The notes below the pieces were generated by a model. It saw nothing but the letters and a program-made list of their open reading frames with translations, searched no databases and had not been told where the DNA came from. DNA of 59,689 bases, filler included. It is 6 parts of 6 records of this genome, joined end to end, with 100 filler letters (N's around TTAATTAATTAA, not from the genome) between each part and the next. Parts side by side here need not be neighbours in the genome. Positions count along the whole stretch, not along the records: positions 22,817 to 38,260 come from SRR31147125_7659; positions 38,361 to 50,652 come from SRR31147125_7676; 4 more parts are not named here. The stretch is one strand, 5' to 3'. Below, piece by piece: positions 30,473 through 41,072 of this stretch. Numbering within the stretch: position 1 is the first letter of the stretch; each line of letters starts with the position of its first letter. Position numbers and translations under genes: made by a program.

Positions 30473-32287
30473 ATGAAAACAACACTATTTGCTGCAATAT
30501 TCTTTTTCACGACAGCAGTCATTGCAGGTAATCCACCAAAAGATAAAGCCTCCATTCTGGTGGAAGCAGAAAGTTTTAATAATTACGGTGGCTGGTTCGA
30601 CGATACACAGTTTATGGATATTATGGGCTCACCTTATCTCATTGCTCATGGTATTGGAGAAGCTGTGGAAAATGCTTCAACCAAGGTTTCGGTTGATAAA
30701 ACCGGAACTTACCAGGTTTGGGTGCGAACCTACGATTGGGTAGCCCGCTGGAGAGGCGAAGAGTGGCCCGAACGTAAACGAGCTAAAGGAGAGGCTCCCG
30801 GACGATTTTCAATTTTGATTAACGATAAACCAATTGAAGGAACATTTGGAACTGAAGGCGAAAACTGGCATTGGCAAAAAGGTCCGCTAGTACAACTTGA
30901 AAAAGGTTTGTTTAAATTAGCACTTAAAGACTTGACCGGTTTTGATGGTCGTTGCGATGCTATTTTGTTTTCTGAAAATATGGCGTTTACGCCACCAAAT
31001 AGTAATCCAGAAATGAGGAAGTGGCGAAATAAACTTCTTGGTTTAAGCTCAGAACCGCGAAATGAAGGCCAGTACGATTTAGTAGTTGTTGGAGGTGGAG
31101 TAGCCGGAATGTGTGCCGCAATACAGGCCGCGCGATTGGGCGTAAAAGTAGCCTTAATTCAGGACCGCCCGATTTTGGGAGGAAATACCAGTTCTGAGGT
31201 TTGTGTTAATATTTCGGGAGAACTGGGTTTTGAACCCTATCCAAATATTGGAAATATTGTAAAGGAGATTCAGCCGGGGCTTCAAACATACTGGCACAAG
31301 GGGCCATTTGAATCAGGCACACCACAAGATGTGAAAAGAGAAATGCTGGTGCTATCCGAAGAGAACATCGACCTCTATCTAAGCCATCGTGCCAATGGTG
31401 TTGAAATGGACGGTAATTCAATTAAAGCAGTTTTAGCGGATAATACGAAAACAGGTGAATCGGTGCGGTTCACCGCCACTTTGGTTGCCGATTGTACCGG
31501 CGATGGCTGTGTAGGTGCCTTGGCCAAAGCCGATTTTGCAATGACAACTCAGGGCCATATGGGGAGGTCGAATCTTTGGTTTACTCACGATGTTGGTGAA
31601 TCAACTGCATTTCCAAAGTGTCCATGGGCATTAAATCTTTACGATTACGATAAAATCAGGGAAGCTCCCCAAAAAATTAATGGATGGTATTGGGAAAGTG
31701 GATTTAATCACGACCCAATAAAATATGGAGAATACATACGAGACTGGAATTTTCGCGCAGTGTATGGTACTTGGGATGCCCACAAAAACAACAGAAAGGA
31801 TTACAAAACACATAAAATAAAGTGGCTGGCTTATGTTGCAGGAATGCGCGAATCACGTCGTTTAATGGGCGATGTGGTTCTCAATAAATACGATATTCTG
31901 GAAGGAAAGGAATTTGAGGACGGGTGTGTGCCATTGGCCTGGCGATTGGATGTTCACCGGCCAGACCCGAACTACTCTTCAGAATTTGAAGGTGACGAGT
32001 TTATTGCCGATGCTAATCTTATGGGACCTGCAAAGGGGACCATATACAAGGGGCCATACTGGATGCCTTATCGCTGCCTTTACTCAAGAGATGTGCCCAA
32101 CCTTTTTATGGCGGGAAGGAACATAAGTGCTACCCAGGGAGCTTTGGGAGCCGCACGTGTGCAAAGAACCACTGGCATGATGGGAGAAATTGTTGGTAAA
32201 GCTGCATCAATTTGTATCAACAATAATGCTTTGCCCAGAGATGTTTATCTCAAATATTTAGATGAGTTGAAAAGTCTAATGGAGTAA
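30473..32287 (+). CDS. Exported FAD-dependent oxidoreductase (PF12831-like) with an N-terminal beta-sandwich domain
   Basis: Signal peptide; DLVVVGGGVAGMCAA Rossmann motif, LGGNTSSE, DCTGDG, RESRRLMGD and PYRCLYS..NLFMAGRNIS. Confidence 0.85.
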   Translation: MKTTLFAAIFFFTTAVIAGNPPKDKASILVEAESFNNYGGWFDDTQFMDIMGSPYLIAHGIGEAVENASTKVSVDKTGTYQVWVRTYDWVARWRGEEWPERKRAKGEAPGRFSILINDKPIEGTFGTEGENWHWQKGPLVQLEKGLFKLALKDLTGFDGRCDAILFSENMAFTPPNSNPEMRKWRNKLLGLSSEPRNEGQYDLVVVGGGVAGMCAAIQAARLGVKVALIQDRPILGGNTSSEVCVNISGELGFEPYPNIGNIVKEIQPGLQTYWHKGPFESGTPQDVKREMLVLSEENIDLYLSHRANGVEMDGNSIKAVLADNTKTGESVRFTATLVADCTGDGCVGALAKADFAMTTQGHMGRSNLWFTHDVGESTAFPKCPWALNLYDYDKIREAPQKINGWYWESGFNHDPIKYGEYIRDWNFRAVYGTWDAHKNNRKDYKTHKIKWLAYVAGMRESRRLMGDVVLNKYDILEGKEFEDGCVPLAWRLDVHRPDPNYSSEFEGDEFIADANLMGPAKGTIYKGPYWMPYRCLYSRDVPNLFMAGRNISATQGALGAARVQRTTGMMGEIVGKAASICINNNALPRDVYLKYLDELKSLME

Positions 32288-32298
32288 TAGAAGTGAAG

Positions 32299-32319
32299 CC
32301 TGTCTGCCGAACAGGCAGG
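32299..32319. repeat. Small palindromic repeat CCTGTCTGCCGAACAGGCAGG
   Basis: Imperfect palindrome resembling the CCTGCCTGCCGGCAGGCAGG mini-repeat I recall from Bacteroidota genomes. Confidence 0.55.
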
Positions 32320-32384
32320 CAATCTCATTCAATATTTACCGGACATCAATGGAATTAATGTATATAAATCAAAACAAAAGCAAT

Positions 32385-33983
32385 ATGTATTTAAGCAAAA
32401 TTGTATTATTCTTTTTCATTGCAGTAATCGTATTTACTGGGTGTACTCCAAAACAAACGAAACAACAATCACCTCCCAATATCCTGTTTTGTATCGCCGA
32501 CGACCAGTCTTTTCCACATGCCGGAGCTTACGGTTGCGATTGGGTAAAAACACCTGCCTTTGATAAAATCGCAAAAAACGGATTGCTGTTCACTCAAGCA
32601 TACACCTGCAATGCCAAATGTGCCCCATCACGTGCAGCTACCTTAACCGGACGAAATTCCTGGCAGTTGGAAGAAGCTGCCAGCCACGTGGGGTACTTTC
32701 CTACAAAATTTAAAACCGTATTTGAAACACTTGGCGAAGCGGGGTACCAAACCGGCAGAACGGCAAAAGGCTGGGCTCCCGGGATTGTTCGTAAAATCGA
32801 CGGGCAGCCCAGGGAGCTTATTGGCAAAAACTATTCAGCCCTAAAAACAACTCCACCAGCAAAAGGAATGAGCAACATTGATTATTCGGCAAATTTCGAA
32901 GTTTTTTTGGAAGAATGTCCCGATGAGCAACCCTTTGCTTTTTGGTATGGAGGTATTGAGCCCCACAGAGCTTATGAATACAAGTCGGGCGTTGAAAAAG
33001 GAGGCAAGAATATTTCCGAGATTGAAAAAGTACCCGATTACTGGCCCGACAATGAAGTAATTCGGAATGATATGCTTGACTATGCTTTTGAGATTGAATA
33101 TTTCGATAAACACCTGCAAAGTATGCTGGATGCACTTGAAAAAAGAGGAATTCTGGAGAACACATTAATCGTAGTAACTTCTGATAATGGCATGCCTTTC
33201 CCTCGCTGTAAGGCGCAAGAATACCCATCTTCGTGCCATATGCCACTGGCGATTATGTGGGCCGATGGAATAAAGAAAAGCGGAAGAACAATTACCGATT
33301 TTGTGAGTAACATTGATTTTGCCGCTACTTTCCTCGAAGTGGCCGGAATAAATGAAACAGAAAGCGGTATGCAAAGTATTACCGGAAAAAGCCTGGTTTC
33401 AATATTTGAATCACAAAAAAGTGGTCGTGTGGAGGTAGATAGAAACTATGTTTTGGTAGCAAAAGAACGACACGATACCGGAAGACCCAACGATTGGGGC
33501 TATCCTATCCGGGGCATTATTTCGGATGATTATGTGTATCTGAAAAATTATAAACCTGAGCGTTGGCCAACAGGAAGGCCGGAAACCGGCTACCTGGATT
33601 GCGATGGCAGCCCAACAAAAACGGAAATATTAGATGCCTTTAACACCGATCAACACAAATTATGGGAAATGTCGTTTGGGAAAAGAGAAGCAGAAGAGTT
33701 TTTCGATTTACAAAAAGATCCGGATTGTGTGAATAATCTGGCCTTGAATAATACTTACACAGAGAAAAAAGAATACTGGTCGGGAATATTAATGGATCAG
33801 TTAAAAGAGCAGGCTGATCTAAGAGTCCTTGGTAATGGCGATGTGTTTGACAATTATCCTATCATGCCTTCACAAAGCCGCTTTTACGAAAGATATTTTA
33901 ATGGAGAAAAAATGTCTTCCGGCTGGGTGAATAAATCGGATTTCAGACCGGAACAAAACCAGGAACTTACTGATAATAAGTAA
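32385..33983 (+). CDS. S1 sulfatase, Cys-type, lipoprotein
   Basis: PPNILFCIADDQ, TPAFD, CAPSRAATLTGR (CxPxR), TSDNGMPFPR; lipobox FTGC. Confidence 0.93.
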   Translation: MYLSKIVLFFFIAVIVFTGCTPKQTKQQSPPNILFCIADDQSFPHAGAYGCDWVKTPAFDKIAKNGLLFTQAYTCNAKCAPSRAATLTGRNSWQLEEAASHVGYFPTKFKTVFETLGEAGYQTGRTAKGWAPGIVRKIDGQPRELIGKNYSALKTTPPAKGMSNIDYSANFEVFLEECPDEQPFAFWYGGIEPHRAYEYKSGVEKGGKNISEIEKVPDYWPDNEVIRNDMLDYAFEIEYFDKHLQSMLDALEKRGILENTLIVVTSDNGMPFPRCKAQEYPSSCHMPLAIMWADGIKKSGRTITDFVSNIDFAATFLEVAGINETESGMQSITGKSLVSIFESQKSGRVEVDRNYVLVAKERHDTGRPNDWGYPIRGIISDDYVYLKNYKPERWPTGRPETGYLDCDGSPTKTEILDAFNTDQHKLWEMSFGKREAEEFFDLQKDPDCVNNLALNNTYTEKKEYWSGILMDQLKEQADLRVLGNGDVFDNYPIMPSQSRFYERYFNGEKMSSGWVNKSDFRPEQNQELTDNK

Positions 33984-34069
33984 TTAGAAAAACATAAATC
34001 AATCAAGCTGAGTCATATTTAGACATCCGATTTTTTGAATAAACATAAACATAAACAAATAACAAAACT

Positions 34070-37000
34070 ATGAAATCCTTTACTACTATTCTGTATTGCC
34101 TCCTAATTGTGCTTTCATCTTGCGTGTCACGCAAGATGAATAATATCGATCTGGAACCCGGGTTTAAAAATCCGCCTGTTGAATCACAACCACATGTTTG
34201 GTGGCATTGGATAGACGGGCATATTAGTAAAGAAGGGATTACCAAAGACCTGAAAGCAATGGCAGAACAAGGAATAGGTGGTGCTACTATTCTTACCCTT
34301 GGTATCAATACCGACGAGTTTAAGGACAGAAAACCAACTTACGACTATATGTCTCAGGGTTGGAAAGCGATGGTAAAACATGCTTTTTCTGAAGCTGAAA
34401 AATACGGTTTGCGCCTTAGTATTCACAATTGCGATGGCTGGAGTCATTCGGGTGGTCCATGGGTGAGCCCTCAGCAGTCGATGAAAACACTTACATTTTC
34501 TAAAACGTATGTAAATGGCGGACAAACAATCGAACAAGAATTACCGCAACCGCCAGCTAATCTTAATTATTATAAGGATGTTGCTGTATTTGCTTATCCA
34601 ACAACAGCATCCACAAAAAAATCTATGTACGGACAGAAGTTTACGGTAAGTTCCACGCATAAATGCGAAGGCATTGAAAATGCAACAGATGCGAATGTGA
34701 TGTCTGCTGCAAAATTTCATCCCTCCGCGGATTCTGATAAACCAGTAGAATTAATAGTGGAATTTGAAGAGCCTTTTACGGCAACAACAGTAGTAATTGC
34801 CGACTATCTTAACAATCAAAACGAGCATTCTGCAAGATATATTTTGCAATATTCCAATGATGGGAAAAAATACAAATCAATAAATACGGTTTCAGTAAAT
34901 GCACCTAAAGTTGAAAAAACTTTTGAAGCAATTACAGCTAAATACTTTAAGCTGGTAATGACAACACATGGCAGGTATGGCTATTTTAGCTTTCATGAGC
35001 TTGAATTATTGGGAGCTAATGCTAATGCTTCCATTCTGAAGATAAACGACTTTCTGAAAAAATCATCTAATTTTATACGCAGGGGGCGTGATTATCTTTC
35101 TGCAACACCCGTGGACGAAAATTGGTGTATTAATAAACAATCACTCATTAACCTTACATCGCATCTTTCTGCTGATGGTATCCTCAATTGGGATGCTCCC
35201 GAAGGCAAATGGGAAATCATTCGTGTAGGGTACACAACTACAGGGCGCACAAATCATCCTGCAACAGAAGCTGGAACAGGATTAGAATGCGATAAAATGA
35301 ACGCAAAACATGTAGCCGATTATTTTAAGGCAGGTCCTCAAATCCTGGTGGATGAAAACCGTGAATTTATTGGAAAATCTTTTACACATATCTTAACGGA
35401 CAGCTGGGAAGCCCATGCTGCTAACTGGACTGAAAATCTTCCGGAAGAATTTAAAAACCGTCGGGGCTATGATATGACTCCGTTTATGCCGGTATTGTGC
35501 GATGAAGTAGTGGGAAGTGTGGAAGAATCAGAACGTTTTCTGTGGGATCTCAGACGCACCATTGCAGACCTTTACAAGGAGAATTGCTATGTGAAAATAC
35601 AGGAACTTTGCGTGGGCAATGACCTTAATTTTCAGGCAGAAGCATCGGGTGCCCAGCAAAATATGATGGATCCGATTTCTTATCCCTCAATTGTAGATAA
35701 ACCAATGACTGAATTTTGGGTGCGCCCCAATGAAGGTGATAATCCGAGTATGCGCCCCAACGGAGCTTTTATGGGGGCAATTGCATCTTCTCATTTGTAT
35801 GATAAGAAAGTGATTGCTGCAGAGGCGTTTACTGCATCGCGAGGTAATTGGAGGCATGCACCCTATAACTTAAAAAGAGCAGGTGACCAGGCCTACGCAC
35901 TGGGTATAAACATGTTTTATTTTCATGATTATGCTCATCAACCTGACGAGTCTTTGCCGGGCTGGCAAATGGTTCCCTGGGGAATTGCGATGAACCGCAA
36001 ACTTACCTTATGGAATATGGCCTCGCCGTACTTTAATTACCTGGGGCGTTGCCAATACCTGTTGCAACAAGGAAAATTTGTAGGCGATATACTGGCATTT
36101 ATTGGTGAGGGAGCCGGTAACTCGGTCTATTTCGCATATCCTCATGGTGCTAAATGTTATGGCAATAGAGAGCTTAGCAGAAATTATAAGGAAGATTGGT
36201 ATCGAAAATTGTCGCCCAAAGGATATGCCTGGTCGGCTTGTAACACAGAAACCATTGTAAAGCGATTAAAGGTGATAGACGGTCGTTTAGTATTGCCGCA
36301 TGGTGCTTCGTACGAAGTATTAATGCTACCAGAAAATATGGCCTTTACACCTGAGCTACTCTCTGCTATAAAGCAATTGGTTGTCGATGGTGCTACACTG
36401 TACGCTCCCAAACCTCAAAAATCTCCTTCATTGGTTAATTATCCTAATTGCGATGATGAGGTTCAGGTGTTAGCAGATGAAATTTGGGGAAAAGATAGTG
36501 GAGAGATCGTAGAACATTCGCTGGGCAAAGGAAAAGTATATTGGGGTATTACCATGGAAGAGGTGCTTAGCAAGAAAAATATCCAGCCCGATTTCGACTG
36601 GTTTTCAGATACTAACGAAGAACCGGACGTAATGTACTTACACCGAAAACTTGATGGTCAGGACTTGTATTTTGTTTCGAATCAGTCGGGTAAGGATATT
36701 ACTGTTCAGGGTAAATTCCGAATTGAAGGAAAAGTTCCTGAAATATGGAATCCAGAAACGGGTGAGATTAAAAATTGCGATAACTATTTAATTCAGGAGA
36801 ATACCGTTCAAACAACTTTTACATTAGATCCTTATGGCTCTACGTTTATTGTTTTCAGAAACGAAGCTTCTTCCAAAAAAGTGACACCGACAGTTGCTAA
36901 GAAAGATGTTAAAACAATCCTGGTAGAAGGAAACTGGACTGTAAACTTCCCTAAAGGCTGGGGTGCTCCGGAACAAGTGGTTTTTGAGAACTTAAGCTCA

Positions 37001-37411
37001 TGGCACATGCATAGCGATGAAGGTATCAAGTATTTCTCAGGCACTGCAACTTACCAAAAGGAGATTAATATAGCTGATGATTTTATAGAAAGCGGTGCCG
37101 ACTACACCCTTGAATTAGGAAAAGTATGTGAGCTGGCAGAGGTTTATGTAAATGGTAAAAATGCCGGAATTGTATGGAACCCACCTTATGCTACTGATAT
37201 CACTGAGCTCTTGAAAAAAGGTAAAAATACACTGGAAATAAGAGTAGCCAATCATTGGGTAAACAGACTCATTGGCGATGAGCTGGGAAAAGAGGAAGAA
37301 CGATACCTTGAACCGATTACCAGAATGCACTACGACGAGGAAAGCGAGCAGGTGCTTCTTCCCTCAGGATTGATTGGTCAGGTATCCATTCGAAAAATAA
37401 TGTTAAAGTAA
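34070..37411 (+). CDS. GH106 alpha-L-rhamnosidase-like lipoprotein with an inserted discoidin/CBM32-like domain
   Basis: PHVWWHWIDGHISKEGITKDL, GWSHSGGPW, GLECDK, DSWEA, PMTEFW, AAEAFT; C-terminal beta-sandwich (NRLIGD, PSGLIG). Confidence 0.88.
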   Translation: MKSFTTILYCLLIVLSSCVSRKMNNIDLEPGFKNPPVESQPHVWWHWIDGHISKEGITKDLKAMAEQGIGGATILTLGINTDEFKDRKPTYDYMSQGWKAMVKHAFSEAEKYGLRLSIHNCDGWSHSGGPWVSPQQSMKTLTFSKTYVNGGQTIEQELPQPPANLNYYKDVAVFAYPTTASTKKSMYGQKFTVSSTHKCEGIENATDANVMSAAKFHPSADSDKPVELIVEFEEPFTATTVVIADYLNNQNEHSARYILQYSNDGKKYKSINTVSVNAPKVEKTFEAITAKYFKLVMTTHGRYGYFSFHELELLGANANASILKINDFLKKSSNFIRRGRDYLSATPVDENWCINKQSLINLTSHLSADGILNWDAPEGKWEIIRVGYTTTGRTNHPATEAGTGLECDKMNAKHVADYFKAGPQILVDENREFIGKSFTHILTDSWEAHAANWTENLPEEFKNRRGYDMTPFMPVLCDEVVGSVEESERFLWDLRRTIADLYKENCYVKIQELCVGNDLNFQAEASGAQQNMMDPISYPSIVDKPMTEFWVRPNEGDNPSMRPNGAFMGAIASSHLYDKKVIAAEAFTASRGNWRHAPYNLKRAGDQAYALGINMFYFHDYAHQPDESLPGWQMVPWGIAMNRKLTLWNMASPYFNYLGRCQYLLQQGKFVGDILAFIGEGAGNSVYFAYPHGAKCYGNRELSRNYKEDWYRKLSPKGYAWSACNTETIVKRLKVIDGRLVLPHGASYEVLMLPENMAFTPELLSAIKQLVVDGATLYAPKPQKSPSLVNYPNCDDEVQVLADEIWGKDSGEIVEHSLGKGKVYWGITMEEVLSKKNIQPDFDWFSDTNEEPDVMYLHRKLDGQDLYFVSNQSGKDITVQGKFRIEGKVPEIWNPETGEIKNCDNYLIQENTVQTTFTLDPYGSTFIVFRNEASSKKVTPTVAKKDVKTILVEGNWTVNFPKGWGAPEQVVFENLSSWHMHSDEGIKYFSGTATYQKEINIADDFIESGADYTLELGKVCELAEVYVNGKNAGIVWNPPYATDITELLKKGKNTLEIRVANHWVNRLIGDELGKEEERYLEPITRMHYDEESEQVLLPSGLIGQVSIRKIMLK

Positions 37412-37417
37412 ATAGAT

Positions 37418-38260
37418 ATGACTATGATTAAGAATATTGCAGCAGTTCTGTTTATGTGTTTGCTTATGGCGGGCACAAATAGCAACAAAGAATTTCATGT
37501 GGCAAACTATGGTGCCGTGGGCGACGGAATAACCGATGACGGACCAGCTGTGCGTAAAGCTGTAGAGGCAGCAATTATGGCTGGGGCAGGCTCAAAAGTA
37601 GTGTTTGATAAGCTTAGCTACCGCCTCGATAAATACAATGGAAATGCTTCTCATTTCAATTTAAAGGATGTTTCGGGTATTACTATTGAGGGCAATGGAG
37701 CTGAGATTATTAATAACCCTTACAACAGTATTCTGAGTATTGATAATTGTGAAGCGATTACGTTTCGTGGTTTTAAATTTGATTGTTTTCCCTTACCTTT
37801 TACCCAAGGTACGATTACCTCGGTGGACACAGATAAGGGAATGTTTTATTTACAAATACACAAAGGCTATGAAAATCCGGTTAAGGTTTATAAAGAAATA
37901 GGGAAAAAACCTGACTGGGGATGGGGTGTATGTATCGATCCTCAAGAGCGTGAGCGTAAGCCTGAAGCGATTATGCACCTGTTTATAAAAGATGTATCTG
38001 AAATTGATTCGGATAAGAAATTACTTTGCGTTGAGCTAACAGATGAATATAAAAAGAATATCACTGAATTAGAGGAGGATGATCGTTTTGTTATTACCAT
38101 AAAATATGGCCGCGGTGGAAGTAATATTGGGGTGAGAAACAGTGAGGATATTCATTTGGAAGACTATAGCGTATATACTGCAAAGTATGGTATGGTGCAT
38201 TCGTTTTATAATAATACGGGACGGGTATATGTCGATGGTGTCAATATCACATTCAAACCT
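37418..38260 (+). CDS. Right-handed beta-helix (pectin lyase-fold, GH110-like) protein, 3' truncated
   Basis: YGAVGDGITDDGPAVRKA, ITIEGNGA and PLPFTQGTI; signal peptide. Confidence 0.65.
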
Positions 38261-38360
38261 NNNNNNNNNNNNNNNNNNNNNNNNNNNNNNNNNNNNNNNN
38301 NNNNTTAATTAATTAANNNNNNNNNNNNNNNNNNNNNNNNNNNNNNNNNNNNNNNNNNNN
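38261..38360. other. Artificial contig linker
   Basis: N run with TTAATTAATTAA. Confidence 0.99.
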
Positions 38361-38580
38361 TGATGGATGTGATGATGCCGGTTATGGATGGATATGAGGC
38401 CATGCAAATTATTCGAAAAACACCGGAAGTTAAAAACATTCCGATTATCTGCCTGACAGCAAAAGCGATGAAAGAAGATCATGAAAACGCGCTTAGAAAT
38501 GGAGCAAATGACTATTTGGCAAAACCATTGAATGAGGAAAAACTTTTTCAATGTTGAAGATATGGTTGTATGAAAATTAG
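38361..38580 (+). CDS. C-terminal receiver domain of a (probably hybrid) regulator, 5' truncated, frameshift at 38544-38548
   Basis: MDVMMPVMDGYE...IPIICLTAKAM...GANDYLAKP. One extra T gives KLFSMLKIWLYEN* ending at 38580. Confidence 0.85.
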
Positions 38581-38620
38581 GACAAAAGGATGGAGAATAT
38601 TTAACTTGAAGTAATAGCAC

Positions 38621-40219
38621 ATGATTCCTAAAGTATTGATAGTTGATGATTTGATTGAGAACCTGATAAGCTTGGAAGCAATTCTGGAGGATTTTGACAT
38701 TGAGATAGTTCGAGCTCAATCGGGTGTAGAGGCGTTGAAGGTGAGTATGAAAGAGGAATTTGCCTTAGTGATTCTTGATGTTCAGATGCCGGGCATGAAT
38801 GGTTACGAAACTCTAGAGATGATGAGACAACGGAAAAAGACAAAGTACCTTCCGGTAATTTTTGTTTCCGCAATTCATCAAAGTGACCTTCACATTATTA
38901 AAGGCATTGAAACGGGAGCTGTAGATTTTATTCCCAAACCAATAATTCCAGATATTTTGAGAGGAAAGGTGAGGGTATTTCTTGATTTGTACCTTCAGCA
39001 GGTTAAGTTAAATCATCTTCTGCGTGAAATGGAAGAGGTTAATACAAATCTTAAAATAGCTAAAAACAAAGCAGAAGAAGCAACCTGGACCAAATCAATG
39101 TTTCTGGCAAACATGTCACACGAGATTCGGAATCCACTGAATGGGGTAATTGGCATATCTAAGTTGCTGCAGAAAACAAATCTTAATGAAGAGCAGCAAG
39201 AACTTATAGATATTGTCACTAATTCTGGAGAAAATTTAATGTTGATCATTAATGATATTCTCGATTTCTCAAAGATAGAATCAGGACAAGTACAGTTGGA
39301 GATGGTTAATTTCGATTTGAAAGAAATGGTTGATAATGTTTATCAATTAATGAAATTTAAAGCAGAAGAAAAGGGTGTTGAGTTTACTTGTATAATTTCA
39401 GAGAAGATACCTAAGGTGCTTTGTGGAGATCCCTTGAGAATCAATCAGGTTTTAATGAATCTGGTGAACAATGCAATTAAATTTACGCATAAAGGGAGGG
39501 TAGCGTTGAAAATTGAATTAGTAGATTTTGAAAATCATATTCCCCGCCTGTTGTTTCGTGTGATTGATACTGGAATTGGAATTTCGGATGAAGGGAAATT
39601 GATTTTGTTTAAAGAGTTTCATCAAACAGAATCTTCCATTAGTAGGAAATATGGAGGCACTGGTCTTGGCTTGGCTATCTCTCATAATCTGGTGAGTTTA
39701 ATGAATGGCGAAATTGATGTAAATAGTGAATTGGGGAAAGGTTCTGAATTTTGGTTCAGGTTACCATTAAAAGAAGCCCATTTGAAGGAGCCTGATTTTG
39801 TAGAAAGTAAGAATTATATTCCAAAGGATATCCGGATTTTATTAGCTGAGGATAATCCAATTAGTCAAAAGGTTTCGGTACTAACTCTTAAACAATTGGG
39901 TTTTAATTGTGATATAGCCAAAAATGGGAGGGAGGCAGTTGAGATGTATATAACTTCTGCTTATGATGTAATTCTAATGGATATGCAAATGCCTGAATAT
40001 GATGGTTTGGAGGCGACTAGAAAGATTAGGAGATACGAGGAGAGGATTTTGGAGAAGAACCCCACTTTTATTACCGCAGTTACTGCTAATTCAATGGATG
40101 ATGACAGAAAAGATTGTATTATTGCAGGGATGAACAGTTTTTTGAGCAAACCGTTCTCTGAAAAAGATCTCTTGAATATATTATTGGAGGCTTCAGAACC
40201 GATCACCAAAATGAATTGA
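38621..40219 (+). CDS. Cytoplasmic hybrid histidine kinase (REC-HisKA-HATPase-REC)
   Basis: LIVDD..LDVQMPGMNG; FLANMSHEIRNPLNG; NLVNNAIKFT; GGTGLGLAIS; LAEDN..MDMQMP. Confidence 0.93.
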   Translation: MIPKVLIVDDLIENLISLEAILEDFDIEIVRAQSGVEALKVSMKEEFALVILDVQMPGMNGYETLEMMRQRKKTKYLPVIFVSAIHQSDLHIIKGIETGAVDFIPKPIIPDILRGKVRVFLDLYLQQVKLNHLLREMEEVNTNLKIAKNKAEEATWTKSMFLANMSHEIRNPLNGVIGISKLLQKTNLNEEQQELIDIVTNSGENLMLIINDILDFSKIESGQVQLEMVNFDLKEMVDNVYQLMKFKAEEKGVEFTCIISEKIPKVLCGDPLRINQVLMNLVNNAIKFTHKGRVALKIELVDFENHIPRLLFRVIDTGIGISDEGKLILFKEFHQTESSISRKYGGTGLGLAISHNLVSLMNGEIDVNSELGKGSEFWFRLPLKEAHLKEPDFVESKNYIPKDIRILLAEDNPISQKVSVLTLKQLGFNCDIAKNGREAVEMYITSAYDVILMDMQMPEYDGLEATRKIRRYEERILEKNPTFITAVTANSMDDDRKDCIIAGMNSFLSKPFSEKDLLNILLEASEPITKMN

Positions 40220-40226
40220 AACAAAC

Positions 40227-41072
40227 ATGAGTACAAACTATAATGATTCAAATGCAGCTTTGCTGAATATTGAATTGAGTTTGTTGTTGGAGGGTGTTTT
40301 CCTGAAATATGGTTATGATTTTAGGAATTACAGTAAAGCACACGTTAGAAGACGGGTGTTAAATTGCTTGGTAATGAATAAGATAGATACCGTTACAGAA
40401 CTATTGAATAAAGTTTTGCGTGATCCGGATTTCTTTCGCATTTTTTTAGATGATCTATCGATTAATGTAACGGAAATGTACCGGGATCCGGACTTTTATC
40501 GTTCGTTTCGTGAAAAAATAGTGCCATTGCTGAAGACTTACACTTTTTTTAAAATATGGCATGCCGGGTGTTCTACAGGAGAAGAGGTTTATTCGCTTGC
40601 TATTCTATTAGAAGAAGAAGGTTTGTTGGATCGGTGTCAGGTTTATGCAACCGATTTTAACAGAAAAGTACTCGATATTGCCAAAGAAGGGGTTTATCAA
40701 AAAGAAGACATGGTTCAATATGAGCGTAATTACAAGCAGTCTGGAGGTGTGAATAAATTGTCTGATTATTATAAATCCATGTATGGGTCGGTCATGTTTG
40801 ATAAAAACCTTAGCCGACGTATCGTTTTTGCAGATCATAATCTGGTAACAGATAGTGTATTTGCTGAGGTGAATTTGATTATATGCCGCAATGTTTTGAT
40901 TTATTTTGATAAAGAACTTCAGAATAAGGTTTTAAACTTATTTTGCGAAAGTTTAGTGCCATCAGGAATTCTTTGCTTGGGAACGAAAGAAAATATAAAG
41001 TTTACGAAGCTCGAAAGTAAATTCAGTAATGTTGATTTGAAACAAAGGATATTTAAAAAGAAAATTATTTGA
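40227..41072 (+). CDS. cheR: CheR-type protein-glutamate O-methyltransferase
   Basis: YGYDFRNY, INVTEMYRDP, KIWHAGCSTGEEVYS and ICRNVLIYF. Confidence 0.93.
   Translation: MSTNYNDSNAALLNIELSLLLEGVFLKYGYDFRNYSKAHVRRRVLNCLVMNKIDTVTELLNKVLRDPDFFRIFLDDLSINVTEMYRDPDFYRSFREKIVPLLKTYTFFKIWHAGCSTGEEVYSLAILLEEEGLLDRCQVYATDFNRKVLDIAKEGVYQKEDMVQYERNYKQSGGVNKLSDYYKSMYGSVMFDKNLSRRIVFADHNLVTDSVFAEVNLIICRNVLIYFDKELQNKVLNLFCESLVPSGILCLGTKENIKFTKLESKFSNVDLKQRIFKKKII

Noticed and set aside
13631-38260. Treating contigs 3 and 4 as one divergent PUL
   Set aside because: They are separated by a linker and both flanking genes are truncated. They may share a genome, but adjacency is unsupported.
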